Origin: Fimicolochytrium jonesii
Lineage: Eukaryota
DNA length: 64,000 nt
Assembly: GCF_025526975.1 (NCBI RefSeq)
Contig: NW_026515673.1
Span: 248,001-312,000 of the forward strand
Reading direction: 5' to 3'
In this document: positions 1 through 13,120 of the stretch, piece by piece
Position numbering within the stretch: the stretch's first letter is position 1
Layout: each line of letters opens with the position of its first letter
Position numbers and translations under genes: made by a program
Notes under the pieces: model-generated
What the model saw: the letters and a program-made list of their open reading frames with translations, nothing else
What the model was told of the DNA's origin: nothing
The model's database searches: none

Positions 1-3000
1 GAGGCTTAAGAACCTTGAATTACAAATAGCTGACAGGAGTCTAGCCTCTTCCGTGATGACCCAGCACAAGTGCACGAGTATCGGGCCAAGCTCGATCCAC
101 TACTGGTCGATTCGGAGGGCATCCCGACCTTCAACCGGCATCAACTGGCCCACGAGCCAGTAAACTCACCACATGCGCGTACGCCCTCGGTTTCGAAGCG
201 TATCTTACCTCCAGCGCACATGCGCTTAGTGCCGGAACTCTTCATCGTTCCCCGCCAAGCTGTGGAAGCTGAGCGCAAGAGTCCAAAATCTCAAGAGCGC
301 GTACCGAACGAGAATGTCCCACTTGTATGGGCCCAAAGTCTGTATATTCTTGGAAACCTGATTCACGATGAACTGCTATCGCCTGCGGAGCTGGACCCCT
401 TGGGCCGTAGACTCTCGATGCGTCGAAAGAGCAATTCAGAGGTTGTGGTGCAGGTCGTGATCCTTTCGGAGGATGAGGAGTTACAGGACCGTTTGAGGAA
501 GTTTGGCTTGGATACTCAGGTTGCCGAAACATGTGCACCAGTGAAGATTTCCCCTCCGTCGGCCCTGCGTGACGCTTATACTGCATTGGGAGAGAACCAG
601 AAGCTTGTAAGTCATTGAGTCTATTGAAATGTGGCGATAGCGTTCAAACTCTCGCATTCGTTATAGGGACTGACTGGGCGGCCCAAGCGGCCAATGGGAA
701 CGCTCAGCACATGTAAACTATACCGCTGCCAGGGCAAACTCTATGCCTTCACGCCGCACTTCATGGATAAAGAGGAGTTCTATCTCGTCAGCGATAATGA
801 TTATCTTGTGAGCTTGTTCGAACAGGAACTCTCATTTGTGCGAAACCACTGGGACGCCACTGGTCGACCTACCATGACTGTAATGCTGACCCGTGAAATG
901 ATGGCCGGCATCCGTGACATCGATCAACAATCTCAAAGGTGGCGACACGACTCTGTCCATAGTAGCGGACGCAACCTCCTCAACTTTATGATGTCTCTGC
1001 GGTCAGGGCGGGTTGGCGGGGTGAGGGTCCGCTCTGGCCGACTGAGTGATATGATCCCCACCGCGTGTGTCGAAAGTCTTGACTTCCTGGTCAGCGTCGA
1101 AAACAGCGATTACGAGGATTGGGACTCGGTGTTGAGCGGGCAGGGTGCCGATCACGATTTGTCGAAGCTGTCCTACTCGCCCATCGACACGGAGGAGGCT
1201 GGGAAGGAACGCATGCGATCGGCTAGTGGGGAATATAGGAGAACTCGTAGGCGGTCTAGCATGGACTTGCTGGCACCCAAGAGTCCTCTGGCAAGTCCCT
1301 GGGTCATGGACGAAGTGTGGACGCGAGATGGATTCCGCTTGCACGATCATATCGAGGAAACTGATGAGACGGTGCATGCATCGCACTCCGTCCGTGTGGA
1401 AACTCCTCGTCATGGGCCAATGTACGCAACTTGCGATCCGATTGATCCGAACAGCAGCCCTCCGAAAGATTCTGTCGCATCTCAAGCAGTGCTGACGCTG
1501 ACCCTGCGCGACGCGGGCAAGGTTCCTGCCGCCGTTGATCTGTTACGCAAATCATCCAACTTGTTCGATCAGATTGACCTGCTTCATTACATCTATTCCT
1601 GCCATGGATTGGGGTATGACATCTCAGGACTAGGGACCGTCTCCACACTCCTTGAGGAAGTCTATCTCAAAGCGATGCATCTGCGACAATGGAGTATCGT
1701 GCGACAAGCTGCCGGACTTCTAAAGAAGATGGTCAACTCTCTGACGATCAATCTTTCTGACCTACTCATCCGTCAACGCCCGGTAACAATTGGATACGGA
1801 AGCGAGGAGATGTTCATCACATCGCCAATGTCGCCGGCGGCTTTAAAGGAGAGCATTTACAAACACTGTGCAAGCGATGTACGGGAGGCCCCTCTTGTAC
1901 AAGAAATCCTAACGTATCTGGGCTCCTTCATCCGTGGCACACCTGACATGTTCGAAGGTATCATGCGTGTACGGACCCACTTCTTCATCATCGCGATCCG
2001 AGAGGAGATTTCGAGGTTGAAGGGGTGCAATGAGGAAGTGGCCATCGAGCAGCTGATGCAACTCAGCCCTTATGAGATGTGCGGCCTACTTGGGCAAATC
2101 CTGGCGGCTCACGATACCTGTAACCTGCAGGATCTCCACCACAGCGCTACCCTGGGTCTCACCGCGTCAATCCCGCGGGTGCGGCATCTTGCGAACGTAC
2201 AGGTGGAGGGAACAGAGTCGTCCGCCATGCGACTGTCAAACATTGGAGCAAACCTTCCGACGGACTTGCTCATTCAGGTTCAATCCGCCGGCTTCAACGC
2301 AGGCAATTTCGCGAGAATCGACGTGTGGCGGGATGGACAAAAGCAGCAGATCCGCGATTGGGGATTCGGTCGTGGCCTGAACGTGGCGCTCCTCGATCCC
2401 CTCGACGGGACCATTTTGGAACGTGTCACTTTCGATACGCACGTTTCGCAGAATGAGTCCGAGGAGTTCGCCAAGCTGGTGGAGTTCCTGGACCCAGGAA
2501 CGATCGTTGTTGTTGCTGTTATGGATGACGCCGCAGAGAACTTGTCTGAGTTGGCCGTTGCTGCGTTAGAGAGTCTTGGATCGGCTTCCATTCGATCATT
2601 GCAGTACCGAGATTCTTGGTGCATCATTGGCGAGAGAGGCGCAGAAAAGGGATCAGTTCCCGAGCATTACATGCAGAGTGAGCGCGGACCGACACCTGTG
2701 CTCGAGCAACGCACGGACCTCGGTAAAACGAGGCGCAACATTCTCAGTCAAGCTGCTGCGAACACGTCCTCGGGATTGTCCTTGACATTACTGCTGCCAT
2801 CGCAAGGAAGGTGGTTGAGGCGAAGGAAGAATGACGGAGCAGTGAACAGAGTTCCGCCAGACTTTTACCCCAGAGTGTGGAAGCTGTTGTGCATGTCGGA
2901 AGGCATTCTGGTTGGGAAGCAGTTTCTGCCGAGTAACCCGACGGTATACGAGAAGACGGCTGAAGAGCTCAACTTCGGTGAGTAAATGATCAGTCTTGGA

Positions 3001-3770
3001 AGTCATGTTTAATAGTGGAGTACCATGCCGGTTCCACTCACAATTTTTCCCCGACTCCCCATTCATCAGGTCTGCAAGTCGAATCTCTTCTCGATGTGAT
3101 TCGCGACCCCGCGGAGCGCGAGATTGCCGCCGAATGCCTGATGGTGATCAATCGCCTCGGGGAGCGCAATCCGTCCATCAGCCTGCAGCATCGCCGGGTC
3201 GATCTTCTGGCCATTATTCGCGATGCGGTCGAACGGCACTGGGATGATTGGGTAGCGTCACACGCCTCGGACATTGCCGGCTCGTCAGATCCCGACGTGA
3301 ACGCGGATGGACAAGGCTCGCCCCAGCAAAAAACACAATCTCTACAGCCCTCGACGCCAAACACGCCTCGCCGGACGAGCAACACTGCGCCCGGGAACGA
3401 AGTGCATCCGCTTTTGAGTCGGATTGGGCTTGTGCGTGCGGCCTCGCAACTGAGCGTGGATACGGGCGCAGGGTCGGAATCGGGGAGTTCGCACGGTGGG
3501 AGCGTGCCCGTATCAGCAGCGCCAGGTGCGGTCAACGGGCAACCGCTGGTGCTGCCGCAGGGCGACTGGTCGTTCCAGCGCCATGAACGGCTGGCCAGGC
3601 GTCTGTTTTTCGACCTCCCGCACGACGGAAAGTGAGTGCTCTCATCTTGGTATTTGCTTTACCTACTTCCTGCTAATCAACGCGTTCTTTGTAGGGACGG
3701 AACAACGGGATACCTTGGCGGGAGTTCTGGACGTTTGTTATTCGGCGGCTCGATCGAGCTTGATCTGTAG
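1..3770 (+). CDS. Phosphorylase b kinase regulatory subunit alpha/beta-like protein (GH15-like fold) with inserted ILEI/PANDER domain; 5' end lies outside the window
   Basis: PhK-family motifs PLVWAQSLYILG, ELDPLGRR, LGLTGRPKRPMGTLSTCKLY, GRPTM, WSIVRQAAGLLKK, GRWLRRRKNDGAVNRVPPDFYPRVW, NFGLQVESLL and FFDLPHDGKDGTTGYL. GT-AG introns 607-666, 2978-3069 and 3632-3694 join the ORFs in frame; stop TAG at 3768-3770. Confidence 0.88.
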
Positions 3771-4377
3771 ACATACCCTTACATTTTCATGCATTGGCGC
3801 TGAACCTATGGAGGCCAAGGACTCTTGACCAAGTATCTTGCTATGCCTCTCTATTTATATTTAGATCATTTTTCCCTGTAAGCCATACTTCGAAGTTCCC
3901 AGTCAGCCTTTCATTCCCACTGCATTGCCATGGATATGGATGGTCCTGGGAGGCAGTTCTCCCTTCCGCTTCGGAGCCCGTAAACAATGCACGATTGAGT
4001 GTGGTCCATTGGGGGGATATGACTGCGATACGGTGACTCATGTGACGGCAGCCGTTAGTAACGTGCACTGTACACGTCACGGCCATTGCACGCAGGACTT
4101 CCCCCCTCTCTCCACTCTGGACCTCAAGACCGTTCATTCTCCCGCACACACCCCACCCGGAAGTTCCCACAACGCAACGTATTCCTGCCAACACAGATAC
4201 CCAAACTACAGGAGCAAAAGCTTCATCGACGCTGGCCAAGCTCTCCGCCACAGCGCCGTCGTTCGACGCACTCTCGCGACGTCTGTGTCCTCATTGTATT
4301 GAAAGTCCGCCGGAAGGTGTCGCACCTCAAATTGTACTTTAGTCGGTCGACCCTTTACAAAGCGTCTATATCCAGCA

Positions 4378-6722
4378 ATGGACGAAAGTCCAGTCAATCG
4401 AGCCAATCACTTTGCGCACGCTGCTGAAGAGTACGCGGAAACGGGCCAGTATGCGAATGCAATGGAGGCTCACTTCAGAGCTGCAGGTGCGTAGACACCG
4501 CGTCTTTCGTGGCTATTCGGTAGAGGCTGTGTGGGTACTAGAACCAGCGCTCAACCCATGTTCTTCTCTTGTTTCATTAGAGCAATTTCTCTCAGCTGTC
4601 AGTTACACGTCTGACCCGGAAGCCACCAAAACGCTAAAGCTTCTGTATGCCAACCACACGCGACAAGGGAAGGAGCTGCAACGGCGGATACAGACTCGGT
4701 CTCCTTCTTCATCCCCTCGGATGCCCTCCAACAGGCCGACATCTGCAACGGCTACTCGACCTCCGATGCAACCTCCATACCTTCCTTACAACACCTCACA
4801 GCAACAGCAGCAGCAGCAGCAACAAGCGCACCGATCTGATCGGGGATCGAGAGACCGCCCGCAGTCATACGGTGGGAATCCCAGCAACACCCTGAGGCCA
4901 CCAGATCCACGTCAATCCAATGTCCACAATCCGCGGACTGCTATGACTGGGGGTGACTTTTCCGACTTCGGATCGAGGCATTACTTTGTAGGCCAGAACC
5001 AGTCAGATAGCGCAATGGCCAGTCAATCCTACCGTACAAATGCAATTGACCCTGCATATGGTGGTGGCGGAAATGGTGAGTGACCTGCGCAGGAGGTCTT
5101 GTTTTTGATGTGTTGCTGACAGCCCTTTTTCCTGTTTCTTTTTGAATGCAGTGGTGACTCACGTTCCGCCGGGACCAGCTACGATGGCTGTTATGTCTCT
5201 GGACGAGTCGCAGGGGGTGGTACAACTGAATCCGCAGGATTCCTTTGCAGCATCGTACTCCGTGGTTGCAAAGGAAGGGGACGATGACCCAGAAGATCCC
5301 TTCAACAAATTTTGGGAGGCAGTCGAGAATCTAGTAGAGAAAATTTCGATTCCAAGTCCGGTGGCCTTTGCCACCGCTCCGATAGGGAACTCGCCGCATA
5401 TGCAAGTCAGTGAGAGATACGAGTTTCACAAAGATGCAAATCAAGGCTCGTTGGGCGCTTCACTACGCAGCACACAGATGTTGAATTCGTATCTGGTCGT
5501 GCCGCCGGGTGATGGACATCCGTTGATGGCATCACGCTCCACTGTGCTGTCGAATTCAACCAATCCCACATTCAACCCGCCGGTGTTCTACAATGCTGCT
5601 GGGCAAGTGGTAGATAATGAGATGCAGGGCTTTGGTGGCAGTGTGGAGTCAAACTACTTTGGACAGAGCGGAAATGGCGGACCAATGGGGTCAGATAACT
5701 CCATGAGCAAAAGTGCGAGGCGGAGATCTGGGTCACTGATAGGCACCAGCTCGACGCAAGGCATGGGGCGAGAGTACGGCGGCATGCGTGGCCAGGATTC
5801 CATGGCGAATCAGGCGATCGCGGGCACTAACAAGACGCACGAAGAGTTGGTTCTCGAGAACTTTCAGCTCAAAAAGACATTGAACGCGCTAACCCACAAA
5901 GTGTCATTCCTGGAACGTGCGGCCGAGGAAAACAACTTGCTCAAGTCTTCGATCATGCAGTTTCGACAAGATGTTCGACGGCAAGCGTCGACGAGGGGCA
6001 GACGAAACATGGGCCGGTCGATGACCACAGGCCGAGAGGACGGCAGGGAGCGCGAAAGGGAACTGGAAGCCCGCATTCGGACGCTGGAGGAAGAGCTCGT
6101 CCGCGTCCGCGACGAAGGAGAGAGGCTCAACGCCGCCATGGGCAAGTACAAGGAGCGGTGGGCCAAACTCAAAGAGTCGGCCAAACGCAAGAAAGAGGCA
6201 GCCAGCGTCCCCACACCTGGCGGTCCCTCCTCCGACGTGCCGAAACCGTGCCCGTCCCCATCCCCATCCCCGTCAATGCAACCATCGCCTTCCATGCAAA
6301 ACCTGTACGGAACAACGCCACCGTCCGACACATCCCACACATCGCCATTCCAAGCGCCATATGGGACGTCGCCGGCAGATGACGGCTTGCGGGGCCTTGT
6401 CGGCATGAGGAGAGGCAGTAATACCAGCCAAAACAGTATGGGCGGCGCTGGGATCACTCACAGCACACGGCACATCATCAATTCCTCCGTTTCCGGCACC
6501 AGCGGCGCCGGCGGGCCCGTGGCCGCTAGCGCCACGCCATCCGGGGGCGGCGGTGGCGGAGTAGGAGGAGGAGGCAGCGCCGCCCTTCAAACATCGGCCT
6601 ACACAAACCCTGACGATCGATCGTCGTTATCTTCGGCGAGTCGCAGTCAGATGCATGGTGGTAACTTTGCGGGCGACAGGTCGTTGTTTTACTCGGCAAC
6701 CAGTGGATTTGGTTTCGATTGA
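4378..6722 (+). CDS. ATG38: Atg38/NRBF2-like autophagy protein (N-terminal MIT domain, C-terminal coiled coil)
   Basis: The spliced N-terminus MDESPVNRANHFAHAAEEYAETGQYANAMEAHFRAAEQFLSAVSYTSDPEATKTLKLL resembles the NRBF2 MIT domain. Internal motif EDPFNKFWEAVENLV and coiled coil KTHEELVLENFQLKKTL. Introns 4487-4580 and 5076-5151 are in phase. Confidence 0.75.
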
Positions 6723-7146
6723 TCAAGTGAGAATGCGCCCGCCCTTGCATTGACTACGGCGCTGAACGGCAGGAATGGTGCGGCTGGCGGTGGTCATCTG
6801 TTTCTGTAAATGAATGTAGTTTTGTAGTTTCTCCGCTTTCCAAAGCTTGTGCCGTTATTCCATCAATGTATGAGCCGCCCTTGTTTGATGGGTCTTTTTA
6901 CAAGTTTTCTGAAACAAATGAAAAAGTGGAAGTTTACATGTGAAAGGTTGACTTTTACCTGCCGAGGGTGATCATGAGTATTGATGAAACGGCAGGTTGT
7001 TTTCTGCGTTCTTGCTCTTCGCATGTACAGATATGCAAAATACCATTCATATAGCCAAAGAACGATGTTAGACTCCAAAAAAATCCCCTCCCAGGATTGT
7101 ATCTATTTTCTTGACCGACGTCAAGTAACCCCGCGTGGACTTCAAA

Positions 7147-8315
7147 CTACAGCCAAATGATCATCAGGATGAGGATGATGAGAACAACAATCAGGCAGAT
7201 GATGGTCCATTGTTGTTTTGTATCTGTTTGATGAAGTATATGCAGTCAGAGCGAGGAGGCATAATGGTAAGCGAGTTTCACTTCGTCGCGACGGCATCAT
7301 ACCTGAGTTGTCCTTGATGAACTTGTTCATACGCTTCATCCCGAGCTGCAGTTTCCCCGCCGTCGTGTCAACATTAGCTTCCAAGTCAACGAGTAACCTA
7401 GAATACAACTCCGATGAGCTCCGCGACAGAACAAGCGTGCGGGTGATCAAATACGCGTGCTCTTCTCACCCCGTCTGATCGTCCAGCTCCTGTCCCATAA
7501 CATTTGCAATCTCTTTCAAGTTCCCTACGGTATTCAACACACCATCGAGCTGCTCATCCTGCTCCCGGAATAATAATTGTTGTTGCTGGGCTTCGCGTTC
7601 AATGAACCGTTGATTTGAACTCTGATAGTCCTCTTGAGTACGGCCGTATGGGTCCGTTTTTCTAGACGTTTTCGTCCCTAGTAGCGCCTGAGGGGATTAC
7701 AGAACAGAGTCAGCTACCACTCTTCCCTGAGACGGGAGAGTTCTTTGCCTACAAGAACTTACATCTCTATTTTCCTTTTCCACGCGTTTCTGCGGACTTT
7801 GTACAGCTGCTCTCATCTCCTGCAAAGCAGAACAGCGAGACAAACAACACATCAGACACCTGACCCCGTAACGTCCGCATTTTGAAAAAAAGCTCATGCA
7901 AGATGTCTCCTGTTTCCGTGCCCCACCTGGAGAGTCGCCCGTGTCCTCGCAATAAAGTTCTTTCTCTGATCAATTTCTCGCACATCCAGTCTGAACTTTG
8001 CTGGATTCGCCTCGACAATCCCTATCGTCTCCTGTAATGCTTTCAGATCCTCATCGATGTCCAGCAACGCCTCTTTCAAAGCCTCCGACTCCCGGCGAAA
8101 CGACTCGCTCGCCGCTGACGTGTCTGGCCCTTTAAGGCTGTCATTCCATTGCTGATATAGGCGAGAAGTATTGCTCACGTTCAGCTCTACCTCGCTATTG
8201 AAGAATAGGCGGATGATACCATGTTAGATAACTGTTTTCTTGGCAGAGTTGCTGGAAGTGGGGAGCTTATGCGTGTCACTCACTCTTTGAGAGCGAAATA
8301 TGGGTCTTCCGCCAT
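7147..8315 (-). CDS. TLG1: Syntaxin-6/Tlg1-type Qc-SNARE
   Basis: Start MAEDPYF; Syntaxin-6_N segment LKALQETIGIVEANPAKFRLDVREIDQRKNFI; SNARE motif QDEQLDGVLNTVGNLKEIANVMGQELDDQ; C-terminal TM QWTIICLIVVLIILILMIIWL. Multi-exon. Confidence 0.9.
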
Positions 8316-8722
8316 CCCTCCACACTCGCTACGTCAACTTTGAACCGTTTTTTCTTGGCGGAAAAGTAAAATCCTACTGATATACTCCCGATGGACGAAA
8401 ATCCGTTCCTCTTTTCGAAGCGGCACGAAGGTTTATCTGCGCTCCCAGTGGCGGGGTTGTGCCTCGGACGCTTTGCAATTCGCGGCGACGTCAAGCTTTC
8501 CTTGGCTATACAGAACCAGGACTTTCCCACAAGACTAGTGGGCGACTGAGAGCGGGTGGGAAGGTGGAAGCAGCTGAGGTGACTTCCCTGGGAAAATGTG
8601 TGATGTGTGATGGCAATGAAGTTTGAATGAAGTTGGTCGATGCGCAATTGGACGCGCTTGTCTCCACCGCCGTCATCACCAGATTTAGTTGACTGGGCCA
8701 AGTTCCAACTTCCCCCGCGACA

Positions 8723-10504
8723 ATGTCGGCGGCAAAGACAAAACAAAACATCTCGTTGAACCAACTCCCTCCGGGAAAGAACATACCGGGCACCGCCATC
8801 GTCGTCGACGCCTTCAAATATCGTAACCCGGACTTCCTGTACTTCCTGAGTCACTTCCATCAAGACCATTATGGCGGAATTACGAAAAATTGGAGCGATG
8901 GGCCCATATACTGCTCTCAAATTACCGCACGGCTACTCCGGCACGTTCTCGATGTTCCCGAACAGTATATAAAGTCGTTGCCTCAGAATGAGCCTGTGGA
9001 CCTGAATGCGGAGTGCAGGGTCACTCTGATGGATGCGAACCACTGTCCTGGCGCGCACGTGCTGATTTTTGATGTGAAAACCGACGAAAGCGTAAAGCGA
9101 TACGTTCACTGCGGAGATATGCGTTATGAAGCGCGGATGAAGTGTTGGCCTTCCTGGTTTCGCGACGGCGCTTTGGTCGACGTCGAAACAGTCTTTCTCG
9201 ACACGACATATTGTAATCCTCGCTACAAGTTCCCGAAACAGGACGTTGTCACAGCGGCTGTTGGTGAACTGGTTGCCAGCAGATTTGCTGCAGATCTGAA
9301 TGGAGCGACATCCCTCAGAGAAAGTACATCTGAGGTCGAAGGTCATGAGGATGATACACCGCCACTAGCACAAGCACAGCGAAGAACATTGTTCGTCGTG
9401 GCCACCTACACAATCGGCAAGGAGAAAGTGCTGCACGAGATTAGCACGGCTTGCGGCGACCTGTGCATTTACACCTCCCCGGACAAAAAGGAAATTCTGA
9501 ATCTTTTGGACTTGCCTTATGCGAACATCTTTGTGAGAGAGCCTCGCGAATCTTCCGTTCATATGATTACTTGGGGGAAGCTGGGGGAAATGGTTCCTGG
9601 GGGTTGGAGATTTTTACCGAATTGGGGATTCGCACAAGAATATTTGGATTGGGCCAACTCGCTGCTCTCAGACGACGTTCCAAAGTTTACCCATCTTGCG
9701 GGGATCGTCCCCACCGGATGGACATGGGAGTTTCAAAAGCAGCATGGGACGGGCTCTCTCTTTCATTGCACCATGAAGCCAGGCCAAGAACACCTGTGTA
9801 TATATGAGGTTCCCTATTCAGGTATCAGGCCTTGATGTCGGCACACTCTGGGTTCCGTCTCGTTTATTCAACACTTCCATCATAGAACATAGCAACTTCG
9901 AAGAATTGCGGGAGTTCGTGGAGTTCCTAAAACCCGCGCGCGTGGTTCCGACTGTTGTCGGAAAGAGCGGCAATGCGGGGAAGCTAGCCGGGTACTTTAG
10001 GGATCTTGTGGACTCGCGAAAAAGTTTTCAGCTCGGATTCAACGACTTATTCGCAGGCGAGTGGACCTTCAACTTCTCGTAAAGCGGTGGCGCGGTGAAT
10101 TTACTCTCTGTATGGCGGCAGATAAGCAACGGGCGATAAAAACGGGAAGTCCGGGGCCACCGGATGTGCCTTTCGAGGTTACCGATGTGAAACCGTTGAC
10201 TTCGGCGACCGACGGCGTACCGAGTCCTTCGGAAGCTATCATAGCTGTATGTCCCGTTTGCGATGTACGGGTGGACGCGGTGGCGATCAATGGGCATTTG
10301 GACATATGTCTCTCCAGGGATGTGCTGAAGGAAGTCGGGGAGTCTGCGGTTACGTCTCCCAGTGACGGGTTTCAACCACGCACAATAGGGAAACGACCCG
10401 CAGACCGATCCCCCACACACAGCCCAGCTACGAAGCGCGCAGCTGTCAAGGGCGACCAGCCCCGCACTCAAACAAAGCTGTCAACCTTCTTCTCCAAGAA
10501 GTGA
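8723..10504 (+). CDS. PSO2: SNM1/PSO2 DNA cross-link repair nuclease (MBL/beta-CASP) with C-terminal UBZ zinc finger and PIP box
   Basis: Motifs FLSHFHQDHYGG, DANHCPG, HCGDMR, FLDTTY and YTIGKE; VPYS|EHS across intron 9822-9885. The last exon (CPVC...INGHLDICL, QTKLSTFF) is joined via a probable GC-AG intron at 10057-10121. Confidence 0.9.
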
Positions 10505-10647
10505 GCAAGAAGTGTGGGGTCGCAAGCGGTACACCAATGTTGGAACGGTTTCATTTGTACAGTTACATCGATCACATTACATGTACACATCTGACACCAG
10601 CTAACGGTCGTGATCCTTCTCGAGCGTCCATATAATCAATAGTCCTT

Positions 10648-13120
10648 TCAATGGCTTGGGATCAACCCCTCAAACATCCGATCAATCGTTGCCGAAATCT
10701 CTTCCGGGTTGACACTTCCTTCATCAGAAGGCGCAGAAGGAGCCGTTCGCACTGTTCCTACAGGACTCGAAAGCAGTGCCCGCCTCGCCGCCGGTGAAGG
10801 CGGGTTCTCCGGAGGTACGATCGAATCTGACCCATCCGTGATGTTCCCGGCTCCATCCTCATTGTGGCTGAAATGGTAGTCATATTCGGCGTTCCTGGCG
10901 GCAGCAACGTTACTGCCACCCGCACAATGCATTTCAACATTGGGGATCGAAGCCAATCCTTTTCCCTGAAGACTGATGGACCCCAGTTTGTCCACGCCCT
11001 TCAAAGTGCCAGCGACGGACCCGATGCGGCTGACAGACCCTCGCGGCCCGCTGACAGACACTGATCGGAGAGCCTCGACGGCCCGGATCGAGGAGACCGT
11101 ACCACCGGCATTTGCTACTTGACGCTTGGGACTTGCGGTCAGTTTGGAAAGCGAGGCCTCGCTGATCGATTCCGATCCTTCATCTCGTTCGGCGGCTAAA
11201 GCAACATTGTCCGCGTTCAATTCGAGACTCGCGCTTTGCCTTGCAGGCGAAGGTGCAAAGGGGGTCTCGCCTCTCTGATCGACATGTGGGTCTGTGTACA
11301 GCGCTTGTCTATTGTCGATTGTGATTGGAGGTGCAGTGGCGCTTGGCTTGGCTGTCGTGCGACTCTGAGGTAAAGGAAGGTTTTGATAGAGTGATGCAGG
11401 ATGCAGGATGGTAATAGGTATCTCGACGAAGAGTGGACCACTGGAAGCGAGATCGATGTTATGTCCTGTGCAGGTTCGTGAGATCCTGAGATCCTGGAGC
11501 GATCTAGCTTACCTTCCATTAGGCTTGATGGACACCTGGATCACATAAGAAACGTCCAATAAAGCAGCATATCGAATGCTTCTCGCTACGATCTGTCAGA
11601 AAACATGTTTGTGAGCGACGAGAGCCCCTTATCGGAGTTATGCATGTATGATCGACTTACGGGGATGGCTAGATCTACCACCATGGCTCTCGTTTCTCCC
11701 CTTCCGACGCCCTTCCAGGCCAAAACTTCCTGCGTCTTATTTGCATCTTCTTCGAAAAGCTGTTCGGTCTTTTTGTACCGCCAACACCGCTTGGCAATCA
11801 CTTCGCGCGAGAAGGACAGGGGAAGTAAGGTTGAACTTGCCGCTTCGGCAAATAGGGTGGTCGTTGTAGTGTTCAGGTTATTCGGCGGGTTGACTGGGGT
11901 GTTAGCATGTTGCGAGAAGGTTTTTAGTCGCCGAATCAGCCGAATTTTGAGGGCAGTGATCTAGGGCCGAAGGGAAGTCTTAGAAAGGGAACAATCCATC
12001 AGATGGGGCAATCGTTTCTAGGATGGCCTTACCCTTCTTTGGCATCCGTTCTCAATCTCCACACCCACAAGCCCAGTGCTCCCTGCCAGCCAGACATTTT
12101 CCGCAGGCTGATAACCAGTCTCAGCTGCAGGCACCGACGTCGGGATCTTCGCGGATGCCCTTAACTTGATCTCGCCTTTTTTGCCCAAACCGAACAAGTA
12201 GCGACCATTGACCACAGTAGTCATCTCACTCGCAAGGAGAGATCCAGCTTCCAGAGTAGATTCGAAATGTTGGGGCCCACCAGAGAGCTTCAGAGGAAGG
12301 GATTCGAGGAGCAAGAAGGGCGTATAAGTTGTTAAAGGAGCTAAAGGTCGGCTGTTTCCTGTTTTGATGTCGATCGTGCTAGAATGCCCAATTCAGCATT
12401 GGCAATTCAATTATCTACAATGAGCCGAGCCTTACCAAGTTACAATATATCGGACACCGCCGACGCCCCTACTCCAGAAGGAGCTCGGCAGGGGTCGCGG
12501 CCCCTCCACCTCTACCCTCACGCCATCCGTGCCGTTCCTTGCGTTCTCAAGTGGAATCGCAAAGGGCAAGGCGTGCTTTCCTTTGCGTGCGGGCCACATA
12601 GAATGTTCGTCTGGCGGACCTGGTACGACAACATCTGTCGGCATCGCTGAGGCATTGAGGGCTTCTTGCAGGGGCATTATGTGGTGTAGAAGCAGGCGGC
12701 GATGGGCGGATTTGGATGGCGTTGTTTCTGTAGAGAATATTCGTTATGTTGCGTTCTCACATGATCATCGAGCGGATCCCGATTCCCATAACGCAACATA
12801 CCCTCATATCCAAACACTTCAACCGAGATCCTCCCTACTTTGACACCCTTCGCCCGATCTACATTCACAAGCACGCGGCCAGCAAGAACTCCTCTGGCTA
12901 CGAACAGTGTCCTTTCAAGCTGTAGGTCAACGGTCACCCCGCCAGCGTGGCTTCTCATCGCAGTTGGCGGTTGGAACGGTGAGGGTGAGGTCGAGGTGGC
13001 TTGGGGCAGTGGTTGTTCGTTGACACCGGCGGAACTCGGCACAACGTACTGTGGAGGTGGCGCGGCGGATGTTGGATTCAGTGGGTTGGAGTGCCACTGG
13101 GCGGATGTCGCAGCGGCCAT
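10648..13120 (-). CDS. Arrestin-fold (alpha-arrestin-like) adaptor protein
   Basis: Arrestin_N pattern (LERTLFVARGVLAGRVLV, RISVEVFGYE, KGKHALPFAIPL, LPSSF, VRYIV) and Arrestin_C pattern (VGVEIENGCQRRV, GPLFVEIPITILHPASL), followed by a disordered tail. Multi-exon; start codon uncertain. Confidence 0.75.

Noticed and set aside
4799..4824. CAG repeat
   Set aside because: Ordinary short poly-Q tract in a disordered region of ATG38.
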